Source: Actinomycetes bacterium (lineage in GTDB: Bacteria > Actinomycetota > Acidimicrobiia > Acidimicrobiales > JAJYXR01). From it: 59,875 nucleotides of DNA. A program made the position numbers and the translations under genes. Below, in pieces: positions 8,655-18,770 of this stretch (the first letter of the stretch is position 1; every line of letters starts with the position of its first letter). The stretch is taken from assembly GCA_021801525.1 (NCBI GenBank), contig JAJYXW010000159.1, positions 1-59,875 of the forward strand, given 5' to 3'. A model generated the notes under the pieces. It saw nothing but the letters and a program-made list of their open reading frames with translations, searched no databases and had not been told where the DNA came from.

Positions 8655-9341
8655 TCAGGCTACCGTCTCCCCCCCGGGGAGAGTCATGTCACCGTCGAGG
8701 CGGGCGAGGGCGACCGCGCTCGTGGAACCGAGCACGGCAGCCGCCTCGCCCGCTGCGCGCAGGTTCCCGGTTCCCATCCAGACGTGTTGGAGCGAGTAGT
8801 GCGGCGCCACGAGCGTCAGGGCGTCGACGTCGGGCTCCTTGCCGGCCGGTCCGGGGATCCACTTCCGGTTCAAGATCGGGAGTGCCGCGAGGTCAGCCAC
8901 CGCCGCGGGGTCGGTGTCTTCGGGGGCGGAGCCTTCGAGGTCGATGAGGAGCTCGCCCGCTCTCTCGAGTCGGGCCCGCACGTCGCCGGAGCTCCCCAAC
9001 TCGAGGTCGATGCGTGCCAGCTTCTTCGGGAAGCCCCACACCTCGCGGCCCTGGCAGAGGGCGACGTCGGTGGTCACGTAGATGAGCGAGCAGAACAGCG
9101 CGGGCTCGCCATGCCAGGTCACGGCTACGAGGACCGCCATCTCGCGATACGGGCCGATCGTGCTCTCGGGGTAGTCGGCGAAGAGGGCCAGTCGCAGGGG
9201 CATAGCCGCCGGTTGCGCTTGCTGGGGGACGACCCCGACCGGTGCGGGTCCCTCGAGGATGGCGACCGCCAACCGCGCGTCGCTGTACTCGACGGGTGGG
9301 TCAGGATACAGCGGGGAGACGAACGGGATGCTTGTCGCCAC
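8655..9341 (-). CDS. Acetoacetate decarboxylase family protein
   Basis: SIPFVSPLYP, IGPYREM and GREVWGFPKKLA (Schiff-base Lys motif); GGAGGAG RBS before the GTG start. Confidence 0.85.
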   Translation of the reverse strand: MATSIPFVSPLYPDPPVEYSDARLAVAILEGPAPVGVVPQQAQPAAMPLRLALFADYPESTIGPYREMAVLVAVTWHGEPALFCSLIYVTTDVALCQGREVWGFPKKLARIDLELGSSGDVRARLERAGELLIDLEGSAPEDTDPAAVADLAALPILNRKWIPGPAGKEPDVDALTLVAPHYSLQHVWMGTGNLRAAGEAAAVLGSTSAVALARLDGDMTLPGGETVA

Positions 9342-9451
9342 GCTCCTCCTTCCAGGGAACCATTGATCTGCACACGGGCGGGCACGCTACGGGGTAGCCC
9401 CGATGCGGCTGGCCTCAGTCTCAGTCTGGCGCTATAGCCCCCGGCGACGAC

Positions 9452-9466
9452 AGGGCCGAAAGTCCC
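9452..9466. promoter_or_regulatory. DosR/DevR-like binding box
   Basis: AGGGCCGAAAGTCCC (reverse complement GGGACTTTCGGCCCT) fits GGGACnnnnGnCCC; an identical 15-mer occurs at 28287-28301. Confidence 0.5.
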
Positions 9467-9504
9467 CTCTCGCCCAGCGAGCCTCCAAGAAAATCCTTTA
9501 GCTC

Positions 9505-9553
9505 TTGACTCGACGAACGAGACGGTTTACCATCATCTGTGACGCTGACGTCA
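9505..9553 (+). promoter_or_regulatory. Housekeeping-sigma promoter with a downstream palindromic operator
   Basis: TTGACT (9505) - 17 bp - TACCAT (9528); TGACG-N4-CGTCA at 9540-9553. Confidence 0.6.
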
Positions 9554-9658
9554 GGCAGCGATCGGCAGCAACGGCAGGTGCCCAGTCGGGTGCCCAGGTC
9601 GGGTGCCCAGGTCGGGCGTCTGCCGATGAGCAGGGGGGACCGAGGAGGGTGGTGTTGC

Positions 9659-10834
9659 ATGACTACTACCGACAGGGTGATCACCCCGGCAGACTTTGCC
9701 GAAGACCTCGCCAAGCGGCCGTACTTCGAGAAGCTGCGCAAGGGTGACCTCGATCTCAGGTGGTTCGAGGCGGAGCCCGGGGGAGGAGTCTGGGGGACTT
9801 GGGGCTCCAAGGCCGAGCCATCGCGGCGCGGGCTCACCCTCATGGACGTCGACTCCGCCTCGGGGCTCGCTGCCGGGCTGGTGGGCCCGCCGGTGACCGC
9901 CCCCAGGGGTGCCGGGCTCGACCCTGACGCCGGCATGACTCCCTGGGAGATCAACGACAAGTGGGAGCTCTGGGCGGACAATCTGACCAACCTTTACGAG
10001 GAGGCCTGCAGCCGCCAGTGGAACGCCACGGCGGACATCGACTGGCGCCATCTCGAGGCCCTGCCCCCGGACATGGAGCGAGCGCTCTGCCAGTTCTGCA
10101 CCTTCCTCACCATGGCCGAGTACCTGGCGACCGACGTGTTGGCACCCTGGCTGCCGAAGTTCAACACCTACTTCCACGAGATCAAGCTGTTCATCGCCAG
10201 CCAGGCCATGGACGAGGCCCGCCACACCGAGGTGTTCCGCAAGCGCGCTCTCGCCAACGGCGGGGGACTCGGCATGGCAATAGCCCTCGGCGGTGCCCTC
10301 AAGCTCATCAACGCGCCTGCTGCGGCGGCGGGCCGCACGGCGGGATCGACCGGGAGCCCGCTCGCGGACAACCCCCTCTTCTCCACGTGGCGCGACGTCT
10401 CCTATTGCATCCACGTCGTCTTCGAGGGGGCCGTGCTGTCGATCTTCCGCTTCGGGGAGTTCCTGGGGAAGACCGACGTCGACAAGTCGATCTTCCGCAT
10501 GGTCATGCAGGACGAGGCACGCCACGTCGCCTACGGAGCGATGCACCTGAAGTACCTGCTCGAGGGCGCGCCCGACCCCGATGCCCAGCGCGAGGACCTG
10601 CACAGGCTCGCGGATCTGGCCGAGATGTTCTTCACGGACCTCTTCTTCATGCAGCCTGCGACGGTCGAGTCGCTCGCGATCCTCGCAGGAGACGGGATCG
10701 GAGGCGTAGGGGCCGGGCTCGAGGTCTACAAGGACGTGTACCGCAAGCTGCGCGAGGAGTACCTCTCGCGCACGGCGAGGGCCGGGCTCGACCGCAGGGG
10801 GCGTTGCTTCTTCCCGGAGGAGCTTCCCTTCTGA
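9659..10834 (+). CDS. Ferritin-like diiron-carboxylate protein (oxygenase-like)
   Basis: GAGGAGG RBS; two DEARH motifs with upstream Glu residues; LYEEACSRQWNATADIDW. Confidence 0.8.
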   Translation: MTTTDRVITPADFAEDLAKRPYFEKLRKGDLDLRWFEAEPGGGVWGTWGSKAEPSRRGLTLMDVDSASGLAAGLVGPPVTAPRGAGLDPDAGMTPWEINDKWELWADNLTNLYEEACSRQWNATADIDWRHLEALPPDMERALCQFCTFLTMAEYLATDVLAPWLPKFNTYFHEIKLFIASQAMDEARHTEVFRKRALANGGGLGMAIALGGALKLINAPAAAAGRTAGSTGSPLADNPLFSTWRDVSYCIHVVFEGAVLSIFRFGEFLGKTDVDKSIFRMVMQDEARHVAYGAMHLKYLLEGAPDPDAQREDLHRLADLAEMFFTDLFFMQPATVESLAILAGDGIGGVGAGLEVYKDVYRKLREEYLSRTARAGLDRRGRCFFPEELPF

Positions 10835-10983
10835 CAGCGGAGCCGGGACAAAGGGCAGCCTGCTCGGAGCGACCGACCGGATCGGATCGACCGGCCAGGC
10901 GGCCCGACCGGAAGACGGATCGACCGGGTAGGCGCAGTGACGAGACGTTCGAATAGGTGCAGCAGCGACGAAAGGGCAAGCAG

Positions 10984-12153
10984 ATGCCGGTGAAAGCTCA
11001 TTCCCGTGACTACAAGGTTGTGTCCACCGACGACCACGTCGTCGAGCCGCCAGACGTCTGGCAGTCGCGCCTGCCTTCTCACCTGGCAGAACGCGGCCCG
11101 AAGATAGTCTCTACCGAAGATGCCGACGTATGGGAGATCGCGGGGTCGCGCCACCCGATAAGCGGGCTGGCGGCAATGGCCGGGCGATCCTTCGAGGAGT
11201 ACACGCCGAAGGCCCTCCATTTCGCCGACATGCGCCCGGGCTGCTACGACCCGGCAGCGCGCCTCGAGGACATGGACCTTGACGGCGTCGACGCGGAGGT
11301 GATGTTCGGCACCATCGCAGGCCTCGCCGGCGGCACTTTCATAGAGCTTGCGGAGAAGGAGGAGGAGCTCGCGCTCGAGTGTGTGCGCGCCTACAACGAC
11401 TGGCTGGCCACCGAGTGGTGCGCGACGGATCCGGAACGGCTGATCGCTCAGGCCATCCTGCCCTTGTGGGACTCCGGGCTGGCAGCGGAGGAGGTCGAGC
11501 GCGCCGTTGAGATCGGGCATCGCGGGGTGCTCGTCCCTGCCATTCCGCAGGCATTCGGTCTGCCGCCGCTGGCCGATCCCGTCTATGCCCCGGTGCTCGA
11601 CGCGTGCCAGGCGGCGGGCGTGCCCGTGGCGCTCCACATCGGAGGCTCGATTGCCCGCAAGCAGGCGGCCGAGCTCATAGGCGGGTTGACCCCCGGCGCG
11701 GGCGTACCGGCGGAAACGATCGTCGCTCTCACGCCCCTGGGCAACTTCGGCGTCTTCGCGAACGTGATCTTCTCGGGGATCCCGGTCCGTCACCCCGGGT
11801 TGAAGATCGTCTCGGTGGAGAGCGGCATCGGTTGGGTGCCGTACTTCCTCGAGCGGATGGACTGGACCTACACGCGGCATCGCTTCTGGACCAAGTCGGC
11901 GCTCACCGAGCCGCCGAGCACCTACTTCCGTCGCCAGATGTACGCAACCTTCCTCGTGGACGACAGCGGGATCGAGGCCATCGAGCGCATAGGTGCCGAG
12001 AACGTCATGTGGGAGTCGGACTACCCGCATACCGACACCACCTGGCCCAAGTCGCAGGAGCTGATCGAAGAGCACCTGGGAGGCCTCCCGGACGCCATCC
12101 GCCACGCCGTGCTGGCGGGCAACGCCGTACGCGTCTACGGGCTCGGCTCCTGA
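10984..12153 (+). CDS. Amidohydrolase_2 family metal-dependent hydrolase
   Basis: STDDHVVEP, RLEDMDLDGVDAEV, ALHIG, VESGIGWVP and MWESDYPH motifs. Confidence 0.9.
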   Translation: MPVKAHSRDYKVVSTDDHVVEPPDVWQSRLPSHLAERGPKIVSTEDADVWEIAGSRHPISGLAAMAGRSFEEYTPKALHFADMRPGCYDPAARLEDMDLDGVDAEVMFGTIAGLAGGTFIELAEKEEELALECVRAYNDWLATEWCATDPERLIAQAILPLWDSGLAAEEVERAVEIGHRGVLVPAIPQAFGLPPLADPVYAPVLDACQAAGVPVALHIGGSIARKQAAELIGGLTPGAGVPAETIVALTPLGNFGVFANVIFSGIPVRHPGLKIVSVESGIGWVPYFLERMDWTYTRHRFWTKSALTEPPSTYFRRQMYATFLVDDSGIEAIERIGAENVMWESDYPHTDTTWPKSQELIEEHLGGLPDAIRHAVLAGNAVRVYGLGS

Positions 12154-12236
12154 GCAGACGAGCACAGGCCAGACCGAGGCCCGGGACCGCGCCGCACACC
12201 CAGGACGAAGAACCAGGACGAAGAAGGAGTGAGGAC

Positions 12237-12716
12237 ATGCAAGTCACTTCCGTGCAGGAGCACGAGCGGGTAGCGCCACCGGAGCCGGGTACCGAGCCCC
12301 TCTTGTTCCCCTCGAGCGAGTGGTTCGAGGCGCTGGCGAGCGTCGCACGCTCCCAGCCCGAGCGCTACCGGCGCCTCGGTGCCACTGAGATCCGCATCGG
12401 GATCGACGTCGGGGACAGCGGGTGGCGGGTCGTGTTCGAGGACTACGAGGTGACCGAGGTGGCAGTACGGCACCCGGGTATGGCGGTCGACTGCACGCTG
12501 TCCGCCTCCCCGGAGGACTGGCGCGAGCTGGTCGAGCACATACGCGAGCGTGGCAGCGCGGATCCCACGCACACGCTGAACAGCCTGGTGCTCTCGGGCA
12601 CGCGCTTCACCTTGAGCGGCGAGGATCAGCTGGGCGTCGATCGCTTCTACCGCTTCAACGCGACGCTGCAGGCGTTCATCGACGGGGCCAAGGACGTCCT
12701 GACCCGCTTCGCGTAG
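12237..12716 (+). CDS. Hypothetical protein, possibly SCP2-like fold
   Basis: AAGGAG/GAGGA RBS; LFPSSEWFEALA and DCTLSASPEDWRELV resemble SCP2-like proteins; coding-like codon usage. Confidence 0.65.
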   Translation: MQVTSVQEHERVAPPEPGTEPLLFPSSEWFEALASVARSQPERYRRLGATEIRIGIDVGDSGWRVVFEDYEVTEVAVRHPGMAVDCTLSASPEDWRELVEHIRERGSADPTHTLNSLVLSGTRFTLSGEDQLGVDRFYRFNATLQAFIDGAKDVLTRFA

Positions 12717-12742
12717 GGGCCGGGGCGTACCAGGGAGATCGC

Positions 12743-12840
12743 AGAGACCGAAGAGCAGAGAGCGAAGACCGAATAGCAGAGACCGAAGAGCAACGAGCAA
12801 CGAGCAAAGACCGAAGAGCAGAGACCGAATAGCAAAGACC
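12743..12840. repeat. Imperfect 7/14-bp purine-rich tandem repeat (AGAGACCGAAGAGC)
   Basis: Read directly from the intergenic sequence. Confidence 0.75.
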
Positions 12841-12865
12841 TGCAGATGGGCAGGGAAAGGAGCCG

Positions 12866-14041
12866 GTGATGACGGCGAAGGATGCCGAGGTACGGCCTGT
12901 GAACGTAGGTGCATCGAAGAGCGAGCGCGTGATATCTACCGACGACCACGCGTTCGAGAAGCCGGACACGTTCCTCTCGCGGGTGCCGCAGAAGCACCGC
13001 GAAGAGTGCCTGCAGGTTCGCCGGCAGGACGATGGCACGGACTGGTGGGTGTTCGCCGGCCAGAAGGTGCGCGCCGTGTCCACCGGAGCCGCCGCCATGC
13101 GCACCGACCGCGGCGCGGTGAAGACCTGGGACGAGCTGCCTGCAGCGGCATACGACGCGGCAGCGCGCCTCGACGTGATGGACGCTGACGGTGTGGACGT
13201 GGAGGTCCTGTTCCCCCAGGCGTCCGGTTTCGGCGGCGGGGCGTTCATGACCGGGAGGAAGGGCGAGGAGCTGTGCCTCGCGTCCATCCGCGCCTACAAC
13301 GACTACCTGGCGGAGGAGTGGCTCGGCGTGAGCGACCGCTTCGTCCCTCAGGCGCTCGTGCCCCTGTGGGACGCGAAGCTGGCGGCCGCGGAGCTTCGCC
13401 GGGCGTTCGATCTCGGCCACAAGGCTCTCGTGTGGTCGGGAGCTCCGCAGAACCTCGGGCTCCCTCACTTCAACGAGACGAGCTGGGACCCGGTCTGGTC
13501 GACGGCTCAGGAGCTCGGCATGCCCGTGGCGCTGCACATCGGCTCGGGCGGGCTCGCCATGGACCTGTGGGAGGGCTACACCTCCATGCGAAGGCTGGCG
13601 ATGGTGTCGGTGAACGCGATCACGTCCAACATCCAGACGGTCGGCAACCTCCTGCTGTCGGGCGTGCTCGAGCGCTATCCCGACTTGAAGGTCATCTCGG
13701 TCGAGAGCGGCATGGGCTGGGTCCCCTACCTCCTCGAGACCACTGACCACCAGTTCGAGCAGCAGCACCTGGGCGACGACGGGCGCTCGATGAAGCCGAG
13801 CGAGCTGTTTCACCGGAACTGCTACGTGAACTTCTGGTACGAGCACAGCGGGATCGAGCAGCGCCACCGTGTCGGGATCGACAACATCATGTGGGAGGCC
13901 GACTTCCCCCACCCGACCTCCACCTACCCCAAGTCGCGCCAGTTCATCGACGAGTGCCTCGCCGGGGTGCCGCAGGAGGAGAGGCGCAAGATGCTTTCCG
14001 CTAACGCCGAGCGCGTCTACGGCCTCGCTCCGGCAGCCTGA
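12866..14041 (+). CDS. Second Amidohydrolase_2 family protein
   Basis: STDDHAFE, ALHIG, VESGMGWVP and MWEADFPH motifs; paralog of 10984..12153. Confidence 0.9.
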   Translation: MMTAKDAEVRPVNVGASKSERVISTDDHAFEKPDTFLSRVPQKHREECLQVRRQDDGTDWWVFAGQKVRAVSTGAAAMRTDRGAVKTWDELPAAAYDAAARLDVMDADGVDVEVLFPQASGFGGGAFMTGRKGEELCLASIRAYNDYLAEEWLGVSDRFVPQALVPLWDAKLAAAELRRAFDLGHKALVWSGAPQNLGLPHFNETSWDPVWSTAQELGMPVALHIGSGGLAMDLWEGYTSMRRLAMVSVNAITSNIQTVGNLLLSGVLERYPDLKVISVESGMGWVPYLLETTDHQFEQQHLGDDGRSMKPSELFHRNCYVNFWYEHSGIEQRHRVGIDNIMWEADFPHPTSTYPKSRQFIDECLAGVPQEERRKMLSANAERVYGLAPAA

Positions 14042-14140
14042 GCCGGGGCAACCTGAGCCGGCCTCGGCCAGGAGCGCGGCCTGAGTCGGGGCAACCTGAG
14101 CCGGGGCGGCTCGAGCCGGGGCAACCTGAGCCGGGGCGGC
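14037..14140. repeat. Imperfect 15-bp tandem repeat CCTGAGCCGGGGCAA, starting over the stop codon
   Basis: Read directly; first unit contains TGA 14039-14041. Confidence 0.8.
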
Positions 14141-14218
14141 CGGGGAGAGCCAGGCCAGCCGAGGGCACGGCCTGAAGCCCGGGACAGTCGGGGAGAGAGT
14201 GACCAGAGGAGGATCGAA

Positions 14219-16114
14219 GTGGTGAACGTGGACGCAGCAGCGCTGGCCGAGCGCAAGGGACCTGTCGGCAGTACCGGCCAGGTCGACGCAGTCACGGCGC
14301 GAGTTATCCGCTCGGCGATGGAGACCATCTGCTTCGAGATGGCCGTCTACGTGAGCCGGACGGCGATCTCTCCAATCCTCAACCAATCCAACGAGCGCAA
14401 CGCCACCATCCTCGACTCGAACGGCCGCCTCGCGGCTCTGAGCGTCGGGATCCCGCAGCTCATGCTCCAGTCCACGCTGCCGGTGCGCTTCGCCCTGGAC
14501 TTCTTCGGCAGGGACCGCTTCCACGAGGGGGATGTCTTCCTCGGCAACGACCCCTACCACGGAGCTGGCCACCTGCCCGACTACAACGTCTACGCCCCCT
14601 GTTTCGCGGACGGGCGGCTCGTCTGCTTCGCTTCCATACAGTGCCACCACGCGGATACCGGCGGGAGTGTCCCGGGCGGCTACAACGTCACCGTCGACGA
14701 GGTGTGGGGAGAAGGGACGCGCTGGCCGGCGGTGAAAGTGGTCGACCGCGGGGAGGAGCGTGACGACGTCCTCTACGCGCTGCAGGCCAATAACAGGGTG
14801 AGCGCCTTCGAGGGGGACATCCGCGCCCAGATCGGAGCGGCACAGCTGGGCGTGCGCCGCCTCGGCGAGGTGCTGGAGCGCTACGGGGCTTCGACCTTCG
14901 ATGCGGCGGTGCAGTGGAACATCGACCACGCGGCGCGGCGCTTTGCCGAGGAGGTGCGCTCGTGGCCCGACGGGCTCTACGAGTCCGACGTCTACGTGGA
15001 CCACGATCCCCGCGGGAACCCTGACATCCATATCCATCTCGCAGTGAGGGTCGATGGCGACCACCTGCATCTCGACTTCAGCGGCTCGGACTCCCGGCCG
15101 GAGCTCCAGGCGTGGTCCACTTTCGGCAACACGCGGGGCTACGCGATAGCCGCGCTGGCGGCCTTGATGGACAGCACGATCCCGAAGAACGAGGGGTTCT
15201 TCGACTCGGTCAGCCTTCACGTGCCGGCCGGATGTGTACTGAACCCTTCCCCGGGCAAGGCGGTCTCCGCGGGCACCCACCATCCCGGCATCGAGGTGGG
15301 CGAGGCGATAGCGCTGGCCCTGTCGCAGGTCCGCCCCGAGCGCTGCGCGCCGCAGGTCTACAAGACGGGGATACCCACCACGATCGTAGGCGAGCACCCC
15401 CGCTCGGGTGCAAGGTTCATCGACAACTCCGCCGAGGTCTATGCCGGATGGTGCTCTGCCGTGAAGGGGACCGACGGCTGGGGCGCGTTCAACGCCGCCT
15501 TCGGCAACCTCTGGAAGGCCACAGCGGAGATCAACGAGTCCATCTTTCCTCACCGCCAGTGGAGCCGCGACTACCGGACCGACTCGGGTGGGCCAGGGCG
15601 CTGGCGCGGAGGTCTCGGCAGTCACTACGTGAAGGAGGTGCTCGTGCCGGCCAAGGTCTACACCTACGTCGTCGGCATGAAGTACCCGATGCCCGGCATA
15701 GCCGGCGGATGTCCTGGTGAGCCGAACAAGCTGACGCTCAGGGCGGGCTCCCCCGAGGAGGTCGTGGTGAAGGACACGGCCGACTGGGTGCCCGTCGAAG
15801 CCGGCGACCGGATCGTCTACGAGTACGGCGGGGGAGGCGGATGGGGCAGCCCCCTGGAGCGGGATCCCGACGCGGTGCTCGACGACGTTCTCGACGAGTA
15901 CGTGAGCGTCGAAGGGGCGTTGCGTGACTACGGCGTGGTGCTCACGGGCTCCCTCGAGGACCTCACGCTCGAAGTGGACCTGGCGGGAACCGAGCTCGAG
16001 CGCGCGCGGCGCCGTGCCTCGGGCGATGGTGCGGCCCCGGGCACCATGGCGGTGCCCGGGAGCGGATGGAGCGAGCCTCCGAGCCCGGAGGCCGGATTGC
16101 TCGGAGGTGCATGA
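14219..16114 (+). CDS. Hydantoinase B / oxoprolinase family subunit
   Basis: RTAISPIL, NDPYHGAGHLPD, HHADTGGSVPG, DSGGPGRWRGG and GGGGWGSPLERDP motifs. Confidence 0.9.
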   Translation: MVNVDAAALAERKGPVGSTGQVDAVTARVIRSAMETICFEMAVYVSRTAISPILNQSNERNATILDSNGRLAALSVGIPQLMLQSTLPVRFALDFFGRDRFHEGDVFLGNDPYHGAGHLPDYNVYAPCFADGRLVCFASIQCHHADTGGSVPGGYNVTVDEVWGEGTRWPAVKVVDRGEERDDVLYALQANNRVSAFEGDIRAQIGAAQLGVRRLGEVLERYGASTFDAAVQWNIDHAARRFAEEVRSWPDGLYESDVYVDHDPRGNPDIHIHLAVRVDGDHLHLDFSGSDSRPELQAWSTFGNTRGYAIAALAALMDSTIPKNEGFFDSVSLHVPAGCVLNPSPGKAVSAGTHHPGIEVGEAIALALSQVRPERCAPQVYKTGIPTTIVGEHPRSGARFIDNSAEVYAGWCSAVKGTDGWGAFNAAFGNLWKATAEINESIFPHRQWSRDYRTDSGGPGRWRGGLGSHYVKEVLVPAKVYTYVVGMKYPMPGIAGGCPGEPNKLTLRAGSPEEVVVKDTADWVPVEAGDRIVYEYGGGGGWGSPLERDPDAVLDDVLDEYVSVEGALRDYGVVLTGSLEDLTLEVDLAGTELERARRRASGDGAAPGTMAVPGSGWSEPPSPEAGLLGGA

Positions 16115-16118
16115 GACC

Positions 16119-18182
16119 ATGGGTTATCGCATCGGGATCGACATAGGCGGCACCTTCACGGACCTCATCTGCGTGGGCCCCGACGGAGAGGTCCTCGTGG
16201 ACAAGGCGCTCAGCACTCCGGGGGACCAGTCCGTCGGCGTGATGAACGGGCTCGGCCAGCTCGCGGCCCGGCTCGGATGCTCGCTTGGCGAGCTCTGCAG
16301 CGGGATTGATGTGTTCGCGCACGGCTCCACCGTGGCGGACAACACGATGATAGAGATGAACGGCGCGGCCGTGGGGCTCCTCGCGACTGCGGGGCACCGC
16401 GACGAGATAGAGCTGCGGCGCTGCTTCAAGGAGGAGATCTGGGACCCCGCGGCCCCTGCCCCCCCTCCCATTGCACGTCGCCGGGCCCGGATCGGCATCG
16501 ACGAGCGGATAGGGGCTGATGGCGAGGTAGTACTGCCCCTCCCCGAGGAGCAGGTGCGCGAGGCGGCCAGGCGCTTGCGCCGCCTCGGTGTGGAGTCCGT
16601 GGCGGTTACGTTCCTGTTCTCGTACCTGAACCCGACCCACGAGCTGCGTGCGCGCGAGATCCTGCTCGAGGAGATCCCCGAGCTGTCCCAGGTGTCGCTT
16701 TCCCACGAGGTGCTCCCCAAGGCTCCCGAGTTCGAGCGGACCTCGACGACCCTGGTGAACGCCTACGTTGGACCGCGCCTCGCCCACTACGTCACCAGGC
16801 TGACGGGCGCGCTTCGGGCTGCCGGTTACGGGGGGAGGGTGCTCCTCATGCAGTCCACCGGTGGCGTGATGCACTCGGACTACGTCGCGAGGAACGCGGT
16901 CTCGCTCCTCGGATCGGGGCCGACGGCGGGGGTGCTCGGCGCTGCAAGAGTCGCGCAGGCGGCTGGCGTGGGCGACTTCGTGTCTGTCGACATGGGAGGG
17001 ACCTCCTACGACATCTGCCTGGTGCGCGCCGGTGAGCCTGAGGTTTCTCTGGACTGGAACTGGCGGCACCGCTACTACATCGGCCTGCCCATGGTGGACG
17101 TGAGGGCTATAGGCGCAGGAGGAGGGTCGATCGCGACGGTGGAGGCCGGCTCGCTGTCGGTCGGCCCGAGGAGCGCCGGCGCGGATCCGGGCCCCGCCTG
17201 CTACAGCCGAGGCGGCAGGGCAGCCACGGTGACCGACGCAGACCTCCTCCTCGGCTACCTGCCTGCCAAGGGATTCGCCGGCGGCCGCATGGAGCTGGAC
17301 CCCGACGCCGCATCGGAGGCGATACACCGCAACGTCGCCGAGCCCTTGGGCCTCGACGTGGTGGACGCAGCGTGGGCGATCAGGAGGGTCGTGGACGCCA
17401 CGATGGCGGACGCCGTGCGCCGAGTGCTCGCGGGCCGGGGTGTGGATCCCCGCGACCTGGCGCTCGTCGCCTACGGCGGCAACGGACCGGTCCATGCCTG
17501 GTCGCAGGCTCTCGAGCTCGGGGTGTCACGAGTGCTGCTGCCGCGGAGCGCGCCGGTCTTCTCGGCGCTCGGCCTGCTGGTTGCCGACTACCGCTTGGAG
17601 GGAGTCCGCGCTTACGTGACTCCCGCCGGCATGATCGAGCCGGCCAAGGTGCGCCAGGCGTTCGCGGAGATGGCCGAGCAGGCCCACAAGGAGCTAGACC
17701 CTGCCGAGGTGGAGCAAGAGCGCGTGGTCACGCAGTGCTTCGCGAACATGTGCTATCCGGGGCAGAATTTCGACGTGTCGGTTCCGCTATCCGACGGTCC
17801 TGGCTTCGGCGACGGGGACGTGGCTGGTCTCGTCGAGCGCTTCCACGAGCTCCACCAGGCTGACCGCGGCTTCTGCTTCCGCAACAACGAGCCGATGCTC
17901 AGGAGCCTCCGCGTGCTCACGGTAGCCGGGGCGTCATCCGCGCCGGCACTGGCCGCCGCGGGAGAAGCCCCGCCTGCAGGCGGCACAGCAGGTTCGCGCA
18001 GGGCTTACTTCGGTGAGTGCTTCATGGATGCGAGGGTGTTCCCGGGCGAGTGCGTCGAGCCCGGGATCTGCATCGAGGGCCCGGCCTTCATCGACGAGCC
18101 CTTCACGGTTGTGGTCGTGCCTCCGGGCGCTACGGCTGTGCTCGACGAGGCGGGCCACTTCGAGCTGTCGGCCGCCGGCTGA
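16119..18182 (+). CDS. Hydantoinase A / oxoprolinase family ATP-binding subunit
   Basis: IGIDIGGTFTD, EFERTSTTLVNAY, DMGGTSYD, IGAGGGSIA and SAGADPGPACY motifs. Confidence 0.92.
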   Translation: MGYRIGIDIGGTFTDLICVGPDGEVLVDKALSTPGDQSVGVMNGLGQLAARLGCSLGELCSGIDVFAHGSTVADNTMIEMNGAAVGLLATAGHRDEIELRRCFKEEIWDPAAPAPPPIARRRARIGIDERIGADGEVVLPLPEEQVREAARRLRRLGVESVAVTFLFSYLNPTHELRAREILLEEIPELSQVSLSHEVLPKAPEFERTSTTLVNAYVGPRLAHYVTRLTGALRAAGYGGRVLLMQSTGGVMHSDYVARNAVSLLGSGPTAGVLGAARVAQAAGVGDFVSVDMGGTSYDICLVRAGEPEVSLDWNWRHRYYIGLPMVDVRAIGAGGGSIATVEAGSLSVGPRSAGADPGPACYSRGGRAATVTDADLLLGYLPAKGFAGGRMELDPDAASEAIHRNVAEPLGLDVVDAAWAIRRVVDATMADAVRRVLAGRGVDPRDLALVAYGGNGPVHAWSQALELGVSRVLLPRSAPVFSALGLLVADYRLEGVRAYVTPAGMIEPAKVRQAFAEMAEQAHKELDPAEVEQERVVTQCFANMCYPGQNFDVSVPLSDGPGFGDGDVAGLVERFHELHQADRGFCFRNNEPMLRSLRVLTVAGASSAPALAAAGEAPPAGGTAGSRRAYFGECFMDARVFPGECVEPGICIEGPAFIDEPFTVVVVPPGATAVLDEAGHFELSAAG

Positions 18183-18729
18183 GCGTCCCGGCGCTGGTGT
18201 GGGGCTTGGCCCTCGCAGTCGGCTTGGCGTTGGCAGTCGGCTTGGCGGCAGGCTTGGCGGCTGGCTTGGGGACAGCCCGTCGGTGCGAGTCGGCGGGGAC
18301 CGGCCTCTTACCCTGGGCAAGGGCCAGGTCGTCGCCCGCGACCTGGGCAAGGGTGGCGCTCGCGAGCTCGCCGGCGAGAGCCTCCCTGGCCGAGGACCAC
18401 ACCCAGTGGAGCGCGCACACCTCTTCCCAGTGGCAGGGCCCGCCGAGCAGAGCGCAGGCGTCGTCGAGGGGGCCTTCGAGCGCCTCGACTATCTGCAGGA
18501 TGGTGATCGCCTCGGCAGGGCGCGCGAGGGCGTAGCCGCCGTTGCGGCTGGGGAGCGAATCGAGGAGCCGGGAGCGCTGCAGCTCGCGCAGCACCTGGTG
18601 CAGGAAGCCCTGGGGTATGTCCATAGCGCCCGCGATGTCCGATGCCTTGGTTCGGGTGCCGTTCTGCTCCGCCAGGTAGACCATCGCCCGAATGCCGTAG
18701 TCGGTCCGCCTGGTCGGAACCAGCTTCAT
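18130..18729 (-). CDS. Rrf2 family transcriptional regulator (IscR/NsrR-like, probable Fe-S sensor)
   Basis: DYGIRAM, GGYALARPAEAITILQIVEALEG; C-x5-C-x5-C-x2-H ligand pattern; PAAK-type repeat tail. Confidence 0.9.
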   Translation of the reverse strand: MKLVPTRRTDYGIRAMVYLAEQNGTRTKASDIAGAMDIPQGFLHQVLRELQRSRLLDSLPSRNGGYALARPAEAITILQIVEALEGPLDDACALLGGPCHWEEVCALHWVWSSAREALAGELASATLAQVAGDDLALAQGKRPVPADSHRRAVPKPAAKPAAKPTANAKPTARAKPHTSAGTLSRRPTARSGPPRRAQP

Positions 18730-18770
18730 GCTCGAATCCTATCCGGTGGCCATGGCCGCTCGACCTCTCA

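Noticed and set aside
12647-16120. 1157-aa minus-strand ORF
   Set aside because: Antisense shadow of the amidohydrolase and hydantoinase B genes; no motifs; long shadow ORFs are expected at high GC
14219-18182. Definite acetone carboxylase (acxABC) call
   Set aside because: No gamma subunit is visible, and family membership alone cannot distinguish carboxylases from lactamases
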